DNA of 64,000 bases from Blastocystis sp. Blastoise (taxonomy: Eukaryota > Protista > Bigyra: Opalinata), in assembly GCA_039096225.1 (NCBI GenBank), contig JBBPEB010000003.1, forward strand, positions 744,001-808,000, given 5' to 3'. Positions 1-16,065 of the stretch are shown here, piece by piece (the stretch's first letter is position 1; each line of letters begins with the position of its first letter). Position numbers and translations under genes: made by a program. The notes under the pieces were generated by a model that saw nothing but the letters and a program-made list of their open reading frames with translations, did no database searches and had not been told where the DNA came from.

Positions 1-1228
1 AGAAACAAGGAATAGTACAAGGAATAATAAGTGATGATAGTGATTGTTTTGTTTTTGGTGCGAAGAATGTATATAAGAATATATTTAAAGGAGGAAGAAT
101 AGTAGAAGAATATAGATTACAAGACATAGAAAGTGAGTTATATTTAAATCAAATTCAATTTATAGAATTAGCATTGTTACTTGGAGGTGATTATTCAGAT
201 GTATATATATATATATAATAAATTATTTTTTGTAATATTATAATTATATGTATTCTATTTAGTATGTCTAGTATTACTATTATTCTATAACTTATATTTA
301 CTATCATTATTCTAATTATTACATTTATTATTATATAGGGTCTTAAAGGGATTGGTATTATTAATTCAATTGAAATAATATCAGCATATCCTGATATATA
401 TGATCTATATCTGTTTAAACAATGGTACATATATATATATTATAATATATCTTCATTATTTTATTATTAATTATATATCTCAAATAATCTCTTATTTATA
501 TATATATAGGGTAAATAAAGAAATAGTAAATGAAGATAATATTCGTGAAATAGATTATAATCTTTATAAAGATCATCAGAAAAAGAAGGAAAATGATAAT
601 ACATATAATGAATATGAAAATTATAAAATAAAACAACAAATTCGATATAAAAAGAATCATATCAAACAACGAAATACACTTATTTGTCCTTCATCATTTC
701 CTAATCCTGTATATTATTCTATTTATTCTATTTATTCTATTTATTCTATTTATTCTATTTATTCTATTTATTCTATTTATTCTATTTATTCTATTTATTC
801 TATTTATTCTATTCAATTTATATTTCTATATTGAATATAATAATTTATAATAATAATATATATATATAGCAAGTCTATAATGGTTATTTATATCCTTATA
901 TACATTCTTCATATCCAATATTTATATGGAAAAATCCAGAGTTATGTGATATCACATCTTATTGTAGAAATACGTTAGAATGGTCAGCCAATCAAATTCA
1001 GTGCATTGTAACGCCAGCATTAGAACAACTCTATAAGAAAAATATTCAATTAAAGTATTTATTATATTTATTATATTTATTATTATTATTATTATTCGAT
1101 ATATATATAGAATAACAGATTATATTACCTATGATATGAATATGCGTACATCAAAAACAACAAGTAAACGATTATTAAATTGTTTGGATATATTAAAAGG
1201 ATATCATGATATAAAGAAGAAAGAATAA
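1..1228 (+). CDS. RAD2: XPG/RAD2-family structure-specific endonuclease, 3' part (5' end outside window), multi-exon
   Basis: Spliced translation gives GIISDDSDCFVFGAKNVYKN (XPG-I), LALLLGGDYSD/GLKGIGIINSIEII (H3TH), FPNP-QVYNGYL...FIWKNP...LEWS and QLKITDY...SKRL. Introns are GT-AG and the stop TAA is at 1226-1228. Confidence 0.85.
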
Positions 1229-1479
1229 TAATTGATTATTCATAATATTTAATAGTCTTTACAATATATTTTTTAGTTATTATTTATATATAAATTTTTT
1301 AAAATATAATATAAATATTATTTAAATATTTAAATAAGAAAACAAAACAATAAACTGCCATATACTTCAAAATATTAACTGCAATTTTTTAAAAAAAATA
1401 TCATAAGAAATAAATTGATAATTATATTTATATAAAAAAACAAGTAGTTCATTTAATAGAAAGAATAACAATAATATAT

Positions 1480-2686
1480 TTATATAAGACTGTCTTCCAT
1501 AGATTCAGGTTTAGAAATATTTAATAATTTTAATATAGTACTACTAACATTAGCTAAACGTCTTTCTTCAATAGCTATATATATATATATAGTTATTATA
1601 AACATATATATATATAATAATAATATTATTCTTAGAATATATATATATGTAATAATTATAAGTATATTAATTAAATTATATAATTTATAATAATATTATG
1701 AATACTAACATATATATATATATATATATATATACGTTTAGTCCATTCTAATTGTTCTCCTTCTTTCTTAGTAATAATAAGAGGAACATCATAACATATT
1801 TCTGCTTGTGAATTATCTTTATTTACAGTACTAGAACCACAATCTGTACTTACTACTACTAAACGATATCCATTCTCCTATTTATTTATATATAATAATT
1901 ATTATTATTATAATGTAATAATATAACAATATAAAAAAATATATATATATTAATTAATTATATTTTAAAATTTTTAAAAAATAATAATAATAATTCTATA
2001 TATATATATATATATATACTTCACAATTTTGTTTAATAGTACCTAAGACTTTATCTGTTGATTCAATAGATAATTTTAATTGTTCAAAATCATTATTTTG
2101 ACTATATACACCTGGTGCACTTAAGTTGAATATAGCAAGTGAATAACTATTTGAAGATAATATAGTCTTTGATAAATTACCAATACACTATATATATATA
2201 TATATTATTATTATTATTATTTATAATACTATAAGATATTTTTTAATATTGATTATAATATATATAGAATAGTTAAAAATAATAACTTGAATATATATAT
2301 ATATACATTCATAGAGAGAGCTGCACATTTATCATCTTTCATATCTTCTAAAGAAGATACTTTAATAGTAGTAATACCAGTAGGAGCTTCTTCACTCATA
2401 GCACCATTAAATATAAACCACGCCATGTTATATCTCTTCTCTTCACATACTATTATCATAGTATATTATTAAGGATATATATATATATATATAATTGATA
2501 ATTAGAATCTATATTATTAACATATATATATATTATATATTATATATATATAAGGATATTGTTGATGTTGATCATGCATATAAGAAGGAAGAGATAATTT
2601 GATGGATTCCTGCGGGAATATTATAGGTATATCTACAGTAGAAGAGAAGAAGACAAAGGAATATAAATGAACTTTAGGAGCGAAAT

Positions 2687-2724
<38 letters not shown>

Positions 2725-2844
2725 TTGATAGATTGATTAATAATTATAATAAATATCATATATAAACAATAATATATAGAATATAAAGAACTGAAAATTT
2801 AAGTGAAAAATTTACTCTTAATAATAAAAAATAATAATAATAAT

Positions 2845-2914
<70 letters not shown>

Positions 2915-3023
2915 TGAATCCCATAGGTCTTCCATCGGAGAATTGTCCATTTGGAGCGCTATATAATAATTCATTAATAGAACCACCTGCATCACCCTTA
3001 TTATTAAAGTTAATAACTACCTA

Positions 3024-3070
<47 letters not shown>

Positions 3071-3077
3071 CAATAAT

Positions 3078-3159
<82 letters not shown>

Positions 3160-3241
3160 TATATATATATACATCATTATTTTGTACAGTGCCATTAATA
3201 TCAAAAACGAGAGGAGCAAATGTCTCGTCTTGTTCGCCTTT

Positions 3242-3295
<54 letters not shown>

Positions 3296-3468
3296 TGGAA
3301 TCAATAAACATAACTATTATATAATCATAATCATAATCATTATATATATATATATACCTTATATATATTCTCTATAGCTACATGAGGTAAATCAGAAGAA
3401 AAATTACCACTTCCCTTTGTTAAGGTACTATAATACATCTATATATATATATAATAATAATAATAAAC

Positions 3469-3533
<65 letters not shown>

Positions 3534-4485
3534 TATATATATATACAATAATACGTTCTCCATTTTCAGGTTCAGAAATAGCATACATATTTCCCGCCAA
3601 AGTAGAGATCTTACCACAGCCAATAGATGTACACATATCTTCAACAGCCTTAACATTCTTACTACCACTATACATATACATATATAAATATATATATATA
3701 TATATTATTATTATCATAAACCATTATTATAATTATATATAGAATAATTCTTATAAATATTATTATATATACATTTGTTGTTCTTCATCAATATCACCTA
3801 AAATACCGTGAATAAAAACATGAGGTACGTCAACTTGTTTACAAACTTTTAGTAATGATTCAATTTGAGATAAATTACTATATAAATAATAAACTTATAA
3901 ATTCCTGTACATAATATATAAATATATATAAATAATATATATCTGTTTAAAACTAGTATACCATTCCTGATAAGAATCAGTAATTTGACCAAAGAGATGT
4001 ACACGACCTGTATTTTCCTTAGCAGTTTTTAAAGCTTCTAAAAGAGTCTCATTTGTAAAGAATGATCCATCTTGAATCTTTTTATTAATACGAACATTGT
4101 TTCTCTCGTTTATTCTTCCAGTTCCAAGACATAAATAACCAATTCCAAAGTTACCACTGCTGCCATTATTAACACCAACCTACATAATTATGATCATATT
4201 CATTTATAAATTAGTAAGTTATGTATATATCATCATTATTATATATTATTTAATATCAACTTATGAATAAATAAAAAAAGAAATACATACATCACTACCA
4301 TTAGCCTTCAAAGGTGTGAAGATACAATCGTTGCTACTCACTAAAGAATCGTAAATAGGAGTTGAGGCAGTTTTGAAAGCATCTTCAACACCTTCAGGAG
4401 CTAAACCTAAGCCTTCAACGACAACAAGACAAACCTTTTCGTCAGTATTTTGAGGAGTTGTAGAAGTAGAAGTAATTTCAGACAT
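1480..4485 (-). CDS. Cofactor-independent phosphoglycerate mutase (iPGM) homologue, probably catalytically inactive
   Basis: Colinear with iPGM throughout: KVCLVVVEGLG, TPIYD, GNFGIGYLCLGTGRI, IQDGSFFTN, GRVHLFG, VFIHG, EEKRYNMAWFIFNG, VVSTDCG, LANVSSTILKLL...PESMEDSLI*. The exons I traced are open. Confidence 0.85.
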
Positions 4486-4741
4486 AATATTAAGTTCTTT
4501 TCAAACGTAGTATTGGTAACAGGAACCTTTTTAATTATTTGGAATGTTTCTTTTAAAAAAGAAGGGAATGTATTGGAGAACTTTTTTTCAGTATATTTCA
4601 GTATAATTCAGTTGAATTCAATTTGAAAATTTTGTTTTCTTTTAATTGACAAGTAGAATTAATAAAATGCAAGTTTTGAAAGTTGGATGTACCTTGATAT
4701 CGTGTTTTACGCTTGGTGAGTATCTTTTAAACAAAAAAGAT

Positions 4742-7657
<2,916 letters not shown>

Positions 7658-7959
7658 ATACATACATTTATTTCTAGGTGATTATATATATATTGCTTTT
7701 ATTTTCTTCTTTTAATATTTATTATTCTTTTTTTTAATTATTTTCTTCTTTTTTATTTTTCTTTTTCCACATTTATTCTTTTAGTGATTTTATAAAAAGC
7801 GCATATTGTTTTCAATATCTTGAATAGTTTATTATTTTTAAATTATAAATAATTTTAAATCAATTATAAAAATAAATATATTTCCTTAAATGATGATTAG
7901 TATATCTTATTTTAAAACATATACTTGTAGAGTATCACACTACGGACAGTTTTTTGGGG

Positions 7960-8169
7960 TTTAGTAAAAAGATAATCGCAAATTTCAGTGTGGTTTCCCC
8001 AGTGATCGAGCAGTAAAAAGGTTTAAAGACATTTCAGTGGGAATTTTTAAATATGCTTTAGTAAAAAGATAATTGAAAATTTTAGTTTGGTTTCCCCAGT
8101 GATCAAGCAGTAGAAACATATTTTGACATTTCAGTGGGAATTTTTAAATATGCTTTAGTAAAAAGATAA
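7960..8169 (+). repeat. Left subterminal 97-bp tandem repeat of the CACTA element (third copy split by the MULE, resumes at 16066-16140)
   Basis: Units start at 7960, 8057 and 8154 (TTTAGTAAAAAGATAA...GGTTTCCCCAGTG...AGCAGT...TTTCAGTGG). The third unit continues after 16065. Confidence 0.85.
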
Positions 8170-8874
8170 GAGAACTTGATTAACCTCGTCCCGTTTTTGT
8201 GTTTTATTTTTGGTCGTCCCGCGGGACGAGTGAGTCATAAAATGAACTTTTTTTTACCAATAATAATTTACTCTTGTATTTTTCTTCTAAAAGAACTTCT
8301 AAAAATTTATCAAAGTCGTCCCATATATTATTCAACTTTTATATTATCTTAAATGATAGATTTTAATGTAAACACAGTATGTATGCTATTGTGATACTTG
8401 TATAAGACGACGGGAAATAAAATATAAACTTGTTTTTTGTCATTCTTAGTATATCACTCAGAATTCTGGGTATAAACTTTGTTTTGGTACTCTTATATAA
8501 TATTAAATTATAAATAAAGGTACACTGAACTATTTTGAGCTTTTAATAAAAAAAACGTAAACATTTCTACATTTCTTGTCTTGGAGTTGTAAATTAAGTG
8601 AGTCTATTTGTATTCAGTCAATTTCAGACTAGTAAAGTTATCACAATAAAATACTCAAAGCAAAAACACAATTTTAACAAATGTAGTGAATTCTTTAAAA
8701 TGGAGAGTATTTTCTTACAAAATAAATATAATTTTTACTATATTGACATAAATAAAGATTTATAATTAAAATAAAATAATAAACTATAAAAATAAAAATT
8801 AACGACAAATAAAATATGAGAAAATAAATTGTTTTATTCTTGTGCTTTATTTTGTGTTTAGTCCATATTTATTT
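8170..8874 (+). repeat. MULE left terminal inverted repeat (705 bp)
   Basis: Reverse complement of 15361-16065. I noticed one mismatch, near 8509/15726. Confidence 0.93.
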
Positions 8875-8884
8875 TATTTTCTTT

Positions 8885-11800
8885 ATGAGTTCAGCAAAAG
8901 AAATAAAGCAAGTGGCCTTGGAGGATGTTGGACTGTGCTCCCACTACAACAGCCGTGAAGAGTTGCTGAAGAGCTATTCATTATATAGATCAATCTATCA
9001 CTTTTGCGTAAGACAACGTGGTGGGCATACGCTAACATATGTGTGTTCAAACAGTGATTGCCCTTTTATTGTTAAATATACAAAAAATGAAAAAGGTTTT
9101 GAAGCACAATCGTACTGTTGTTCCCACAATCATAAAGGTATTATTATATAACTATTACTATTTGTTAACACTCTATAAAGAAAACTTAAATCAGTCCTAT
9201 TCAACAAAACTAGTATATGATGATGCAAGTATATAATACTATATATTATTATTGTTATTATGCTTGATTTATTATGTTTTAATTTTTAATTTACGTAAAT
9301 GAAACTCGTTTATTTATATATACAGAAAATATTTTATTATTTTAAAATTATTATGATTATTATAAAATATTTAATTATTGATAGATGATACTTGCTTAAT
9401 AAAGAATACTTATTCAAAAACTGGCGTAACATATGGAGAATTTGAAAGGTGTTTCTATTCTTTATTTATAAAAGATCCATTTGGGTTATACTCAAGATAT
9501 AAAACAGAGGCCAAAAGTCACTTTCCAAATATAGAACCAGAAGTACTAGATCACTGGTTTCAAAAATTGTTTAATTCAATATATGGAACGAATGAAGATG
9601 GTTATCTTATGCTTCCTGCTATGCTTTATTCTATCAAACAGTACGAAAATATTGATTATAAAATTTATGTTAACAAAAATGATAATAAATTATTTAGATT
9701 AATTGTAGTATATCATTCTGTAATAGAAAAACTTTCAGAATTATATAATAATGAGCTATTCATAGATGCTTCACATAGTCACTCCAAAGATAAGTATATT
9801 ATATATGATATTATAGTTTTATCTTCTTATAATAAAAAATATGTTCTCGGATATATGGTAGATCTAGATGGTGAAGGAAAAAATAGTTGGATTGATTTTT
9901 TTTCATTTTTAATAAGTCGTGGTATATATTTATAATTAATCTATATTATATGTTTAATTATTAATTTTTTCTTATTATTATATATTGTATATATATATTT
10001 ATAACATTATTTTATCTATTTATTGTTAATTAATATCTTAAATTCAATCAATAATCTTTAGAATATTTATTGCTTCTACATGTTATTATATATTTTATAA
10101 TTAATTTGAAATTATTTTATTTTTATATATAATGCCTGATAAAAGCTATTTTTTTTAATATCATTGGATATAATCGTTCAGATTTTTTTTTCCTTAAGTA
10201 TTGTATTACATTTTCATTTCTATTTGTTTACTAATAATATATATATAGAATTTATTTTATTTCATATCATTTTAATATTTGTTAGTTGAGTATTGCTCTA
10301 TTTTAATATTATTTTATTTTTTATATGGTTTTTTTATTTCATTGATTTTATAAAATTTATTTATTTCACGTTATTTACATATAATATGTTTCAATAATAC
10401 ATTATTTTATACATATACAATTATAAAATTTACTTATTGGAAGTGCTAAAAATTATGATTTAATCATAAAAATATATATAATTTTATCTAGTATTCATAT
10501 ATATATATGATCATTAATATATAGGTGTGGATGAAAATTCGAAACTTGTTATTCATTCAGATGGTTTGATGGGTTTATCGGATGCTATTGGTGAGTTATT
10601 TCACTTTTCAACAAATGTTATGTGCGTTTTTCATGCAAGGAATATCATGTATTCAAAAAAAACTATTAAAGAGTCTTCTGATATAAATAGAATCTTTTTT
10701 CAGTATGCTTCAGCTAAAGATCTTATCTCTGCAAAAAAATATTTACAAGATGAAATTGAATACGTTAATCAACGTAATATAAATGATTCAAATGCTAATC
10801 TCGTTAAGGATATTAACACTTTAAGTGAATATTTAGATTCATGCGATAAAAGGTTTTGCCGTTTTTTTCATAAAGGATTTACTGTTACCATGCTTACAAA
10901 TAATCCTTCTGAACAAATTCATGCTCAATGGTCAGAAATTGTTAGAAAATCTCCGTTATGTTTATTTCCATTTTTCTTTCATATAACCAATAGAAAAAAT
11001 ATGTTGGATAATGAGGAAGATTGTATTATAAAGAAAACTATACCTTATGTCTTTCAAAAAAAGGATCAATTATGCAAAGAAGGTGATTTCATAATGAGAG
11101 GAGAAGGAATAAATGAAATTTATATTTTGAAAAATAATAATTCAATAATTTATACCATAAAATATATTCCAGCTGCTACCTTTTATTGTGATTGTCAATT
11201 CTGCAAAACAGAAGTTATTTGTGAGCATATGATATGGTTTATGAAAGTAAATAAAATAGAATTTGATTCTCTTCCTTACGATCTTGTTAGAAGATATTTC
11301 ATTTCTTTAAATATAAAAACATGTAAAAACTGTCCATTTTACCTGTTTACCTCATTTATTTATAAACCCCAATTTAGAGACTCTATATTGATTGATACAA
11401 CCCAAAATTATGGATATAGACAATTTAGGATTATTGATTCAAATGATATTGTTTTTAACAAAGAAAGTATGCTTATATATATTCTTAAAGTTAGTTTATT
11501 CATATATAGCGTTCCAGAATGAATTGAAGAATTTATATAAACAAATATTTTGTGTATATTTAATTATTATTATTTTTATATTTAATAGGCTGAGTGTGTA
11601 TCAATCAATGAAATGATTTATCCACTAGACTACTCCATGTATTTAGAATTAAAAAATTATTTTGAAAAACATAATCCGTATCGTGAAGGTATATATTTGT
11701 TAGTCATAATAAACACTGAACTTATTTTAGACATTATTTCAGAGAAAAGTTGTGAAAAGCGTGAAGAATCAATAACATTGAAGTATACAAATTTTAAAGA

Positions 11801-13246
11801 TGGTTACTCATATACTGCACCTTCTTCCTTGGCTTTTTGTTCGTTAGATGATTATATGATAAATAATACTGTATATTATATATCTAATATTATATAATAT
11901 CGTTGAAATAAAACTTTCTATTTTATTTAGGTATCACTTAAAATAATAAATATTAAGACTGGGGATATATTTTTAAAATCAATAAAACGCTCTAATACAA
12001 TTAAAGAACTCAAGGAAGAATTAAATGTAAATTATGAATTATGTGTGTTTTTATTAATGTTATATATAGATAATATTTAAATTACCAGATGATGTAACCC
12101 TGTTCATATTTTCTTCAGGTGGTTTTCTGGTTAAAGAATCTGAATCAATCAAAAGCATAATAGGTTATGACTTCATTTCAACTCTCAACTTATATATATG
12201 TTTAGTATGATTTATTATATATTATATATCTATTTATATATAGGTACAATTAGGATGTCAATATAATAGTGAAACCCTATTTTGCCATTGTACATGTAAA
12301 TAAATATTTTATTATATATATATATATATATATATATATTTTATATAGTTCCACTATGGAATATATTTGGAAAAGAACAAAAACTTGCGTGTGGATCAGT
12401 ACATTTCGACTGTATATAAAATTATAAGTTATTTTTAAATTGTAAATCTAATGTATTATCATTTTTCTATATAGATACATGTGATCTACATCAATTTCTA
12501 ATGTCATACAAAAACTATAAAGTTCATATCGACATTATTTCTTTAGAATGTATGTTATATTTTCAACAATTATTCATTTATTCTTTCAAAATGATGTTTA
12601 TAGACACAAAACAGACTATATGTATTGAATATGACTCACGACCATGCAATTCTAGAGTATTTTATAATATGAAAAAGCTGCAAATAAGCTGTATATATAT
12701 TTATTATTATTAAATTATATTTATTTTGTATAGTGGGGGAACTGGATCGAACAGCTACAAAATATTTACAACAACTTTTAGAATCCTCCTTTTTTGTTTG
12801 TGAGAATATTGTTATAACAGGTATTTATTTTATTATTATATATTACTTATATAGGTGAAAAAATTCCTGAATGGGTACGTACATCTCTTCAATATTTATC
12901 AGGCATAAAAAATATTAATATAAATTGGGACTTATCATGTATTATTTTGTTTTTAATATATAATATCTCCATATTTTTAGTACACACAGTATTTGACTAT
13001 GAAATATTACCCAATTTAAATGAAAAATCTATGGATGGTATATATATATATTTTTTTCATTATGATGCTTTGTAAAATATATTCTAATTACTATAGTAAA
13101 TCTTCAGACTCCAATGCCTATTCAAAACAGCTCTCCAATATCATCAATAAGTGTTCAGTCAATAAATTCTATTATTGAGAATAAATGCATTTATGACCCA
13201 ATTGAAGGTATGTGTTATGATTGTATTGATTAAAAAAACAATTTAG

Positions 13247-13322
<76 letters not shown>

Positions 13323-15200
13323 TATATATATATATAGGTATTAATATATATATATATAGGTATTAATGACAAAGAGAAACTTGACATAACTACAATCCAT
13401 GAGAATACAAAGTGTATACTAGATGAAAAACGGAAAACATGTCTTCTTAGTCCTTCTGACCTTTAACCATTTTCAGATGATGATATTTCAACTATATCCA
13501 GTAAAGAATGTATATTTACATGTAATATCATTAATCAAGAAGAAACTGATGAAGAGACAGAAAAATATGAAGATAAGCTTTATGAAAAAGCTAAAGTACA
13601 TAATTATATTTATATTATAAATTATATATTATATTTATCTGCTTATCAAATTGGTATTTTTATATTTCCTGTAGTTTCTAGTTATTTCCTATCGTTTTAT
13701 ATATTATATTTGTGTATAAAAACTATTTATTACTATATATATTATATTTTTATACTATAGAAAATTCTTAAAGAGGATTCGATTTCAGTACGAAGATCAA
13801 GTGATTTATATCTAAATGATTTTATTATTGATACATATATTAATTATTTATGGCTGGCATTTAAATTATCAAGTCAATCTAAAGATTCTATTAATACCAT
13901 TTATATAATTGATTATTTTAAAAGAATTATAATCGATAGGCAACTGGCTAATAATCAGTCAAATGTATGTTTATAGTTTATATATTATTATTATTTATAG
14001 TACTCTAGCCTTATTAATAAAATCATTTTGAGTAATACAAATCTAATAATAATACCATACTGTCAGTATACATTATGTTTACAAATTAATTCATTTTTTT
14101 AGTTATAACCATTGGATTCTCTATACAGTGAGTACTGTAGCTATAAATAATATTGCTAATGGTATATATTTATTATTAAAAAATGTTTAATTGCTATTTC
14201 TTTGTTTATTTCGTTTTTAATATTTTTATCTTTGCTATATTTAGAGTTGAAAAAAAATAAACTAAGAAATTCAATAGATGTATGTAATTATATATAAAAA
14301 ATTATTATTTATAAAGCTGGAAATCAGGTGCTATAACTCAATGGAACGAATTACTATTAATTATAACTGTGCAATAATTAAGTATTATTTATTTCTTATT
14401 ATATTACTAATCTATTTATAGTTTTGTAAATGCTTTATTTCGAGAAATTATCAAAATGAGATGCCATTATACAGATGATGAATGTAAAGACCTTTTAAAG
14501 ATATTAAATACGCAAATAAATGTTTATGTATTATTTTTATTTTATATTACTATTTATTTAGGAATCTCCTCAACAACACAACTCATATGACTGTGGTTGC
14601 TATTTACTAATGAATACGAAATATATTATTGAAAATTACTCAATTTGGATAAATAATCCTTCTATTAGTTATACCTTTAGCAGTAGTGTAATAAGAAGTG
14701 TTATACTAGAAAAGATGGCATTAATGTCACGTATTCCTGGATATAACAGTGTAAAACGATGTATGTAATATTATTTATATATATTAATAAATATATAGTT
14801 TTTACTGATATTGAATCCTCAATAAATTATATTAAAGAAAACACTCATTATGATACTATAGTAAGTGACAGGGAATATAATACTAGACAAAAATCGTTTA
14901 TAGAATTTATACAATTAAATAAGTATTTTTTAATATATGTAATTCTTTATACTCTATCTTTATTTAGCAAGATCTTCCATGATAATTTAGGCTTAACATT
15001 TAAGAATCTAAAAAACAAGCAGCAGCTTCCTATTCTTAAAAAAAAAATAAAAAAACAAAAATTGTATTATATTAATAAAGCACTTTTAATTCTGGATCCA
15101 AATCGTAAACGAACAAAACATGCGAAGAGATTTGTTGCTCGTAAAGTATCCAGAAAAAAGAATCTAACCAATTCGTATATATATATTCATATATATATTC

Positions 15201-15281
<81 letters not shown>

Positions 15282-15362
15282 TTTCATAATATTATTTAAA
15301 TAATTATACACATCATATATAGTCGTAAAGCTTATAAGGATAAACTAAATACCACAGAATAA
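8885..15362 (+). CDS. MULE transposase polyprotein: WRKY/FAR1-type Zn finger - DDE - SWIM - ubiquitin-like segment - Ulp1/C48 peptidase - basic tail (about 28 exons; in-frame TAA at 13464-13466)
   Basis: CSNSDCPF...SHNH; FIDASH (D 9765), HSDG (D 10560), CVFH, TNNPSE (E 10911); SWIM CDCQFCKTEVICEHM; C48 motifs YLNDFIIDTYINYL, IIPYCHYNHWILY, PQQHNSYDCGCYLL. Exons join in phase via GT-AG and the stop TAA is at 15360-15362. Confidence 0.85.
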
Positions 15363-16065
15363 ATAAATATGGACTAAACACAAAATAAAGCACAAGAATA
15401 AAACAATTTATTTTCTCATATTTTATTTGTCGTTAATTTTTATTTTTATAGTTTATTATTTTATTTTAATTATAAATCTTTATTTATGTCAATATAGTAA
15501 AAATTATATTTATTTTGTAAGAAAATACTCTCCATTTTAAAGAATTCACTACATTTGTTAAAATTGTGTTTTTGCTTTGAGTATTTTATTGTGATAACTT
15601 TACTAGTCTGAAATTGACTGAATACAAATAGACTCACTTAATTTACAACTCCAAGACAAGAAATGTAGAAATGTTTACGTTTTTTTTATTAAAAGCTCAA
15701 AATAGTTCAGTGTACCTTTATTTATTATTTAATATTATATAAGAGTACCAAAACAAAGTTTATACCCAGAATTCTGAGTGATATACTAAGAATGACAAAA
15801 AACAAGTTTATATTTTATTTCCCGTCGTCTTATACAAGTATCACAATAGCATACATACTGTGTTTACATTAAAATCTATCATTTAAGATAATATAAAAGT
15901 TGAATAATATATGGGACGACTTTGATAAATTTTTAGAAGTTCTTTTAGAAGAAAAATACAAGAGTAAATTATTATTGGTAAAAAAAAGTTCATTTTATGA
16001 CTCACTCGTCCCGCGGGACGACCAAAAATAAAACACAAAAACGGGACGAGGTTAATCAAGTTCTC
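15361..16065 (-). repeat. MULE right terminal inverted repeat (705 bp)
   Basis: Reverse complement of 8170-8874. Confidence 0.93.

Larger units (their letters stand above)
8170..16065 (+). mobile_element. Mutator-like element (MULE), 7.9 kb, long TIRs, 9-bp TSD
   Basis: Ends are GAGAACTTGATTAACC...GGTTAATCAAGTTCTC. TSD AAAAGATAA is at 8161-8169 and 16066-16074. It contains a MULE DDE transposase gene. Confidence 0.95.

Noticed and set aside
7960-8169. 97-bp repeats as a CRISPR-like array
   Set aside because: They are tandem units with no unique spacers and no cas genes, in a eukaryotic context. They are explained as CACTA subterminal repeats.
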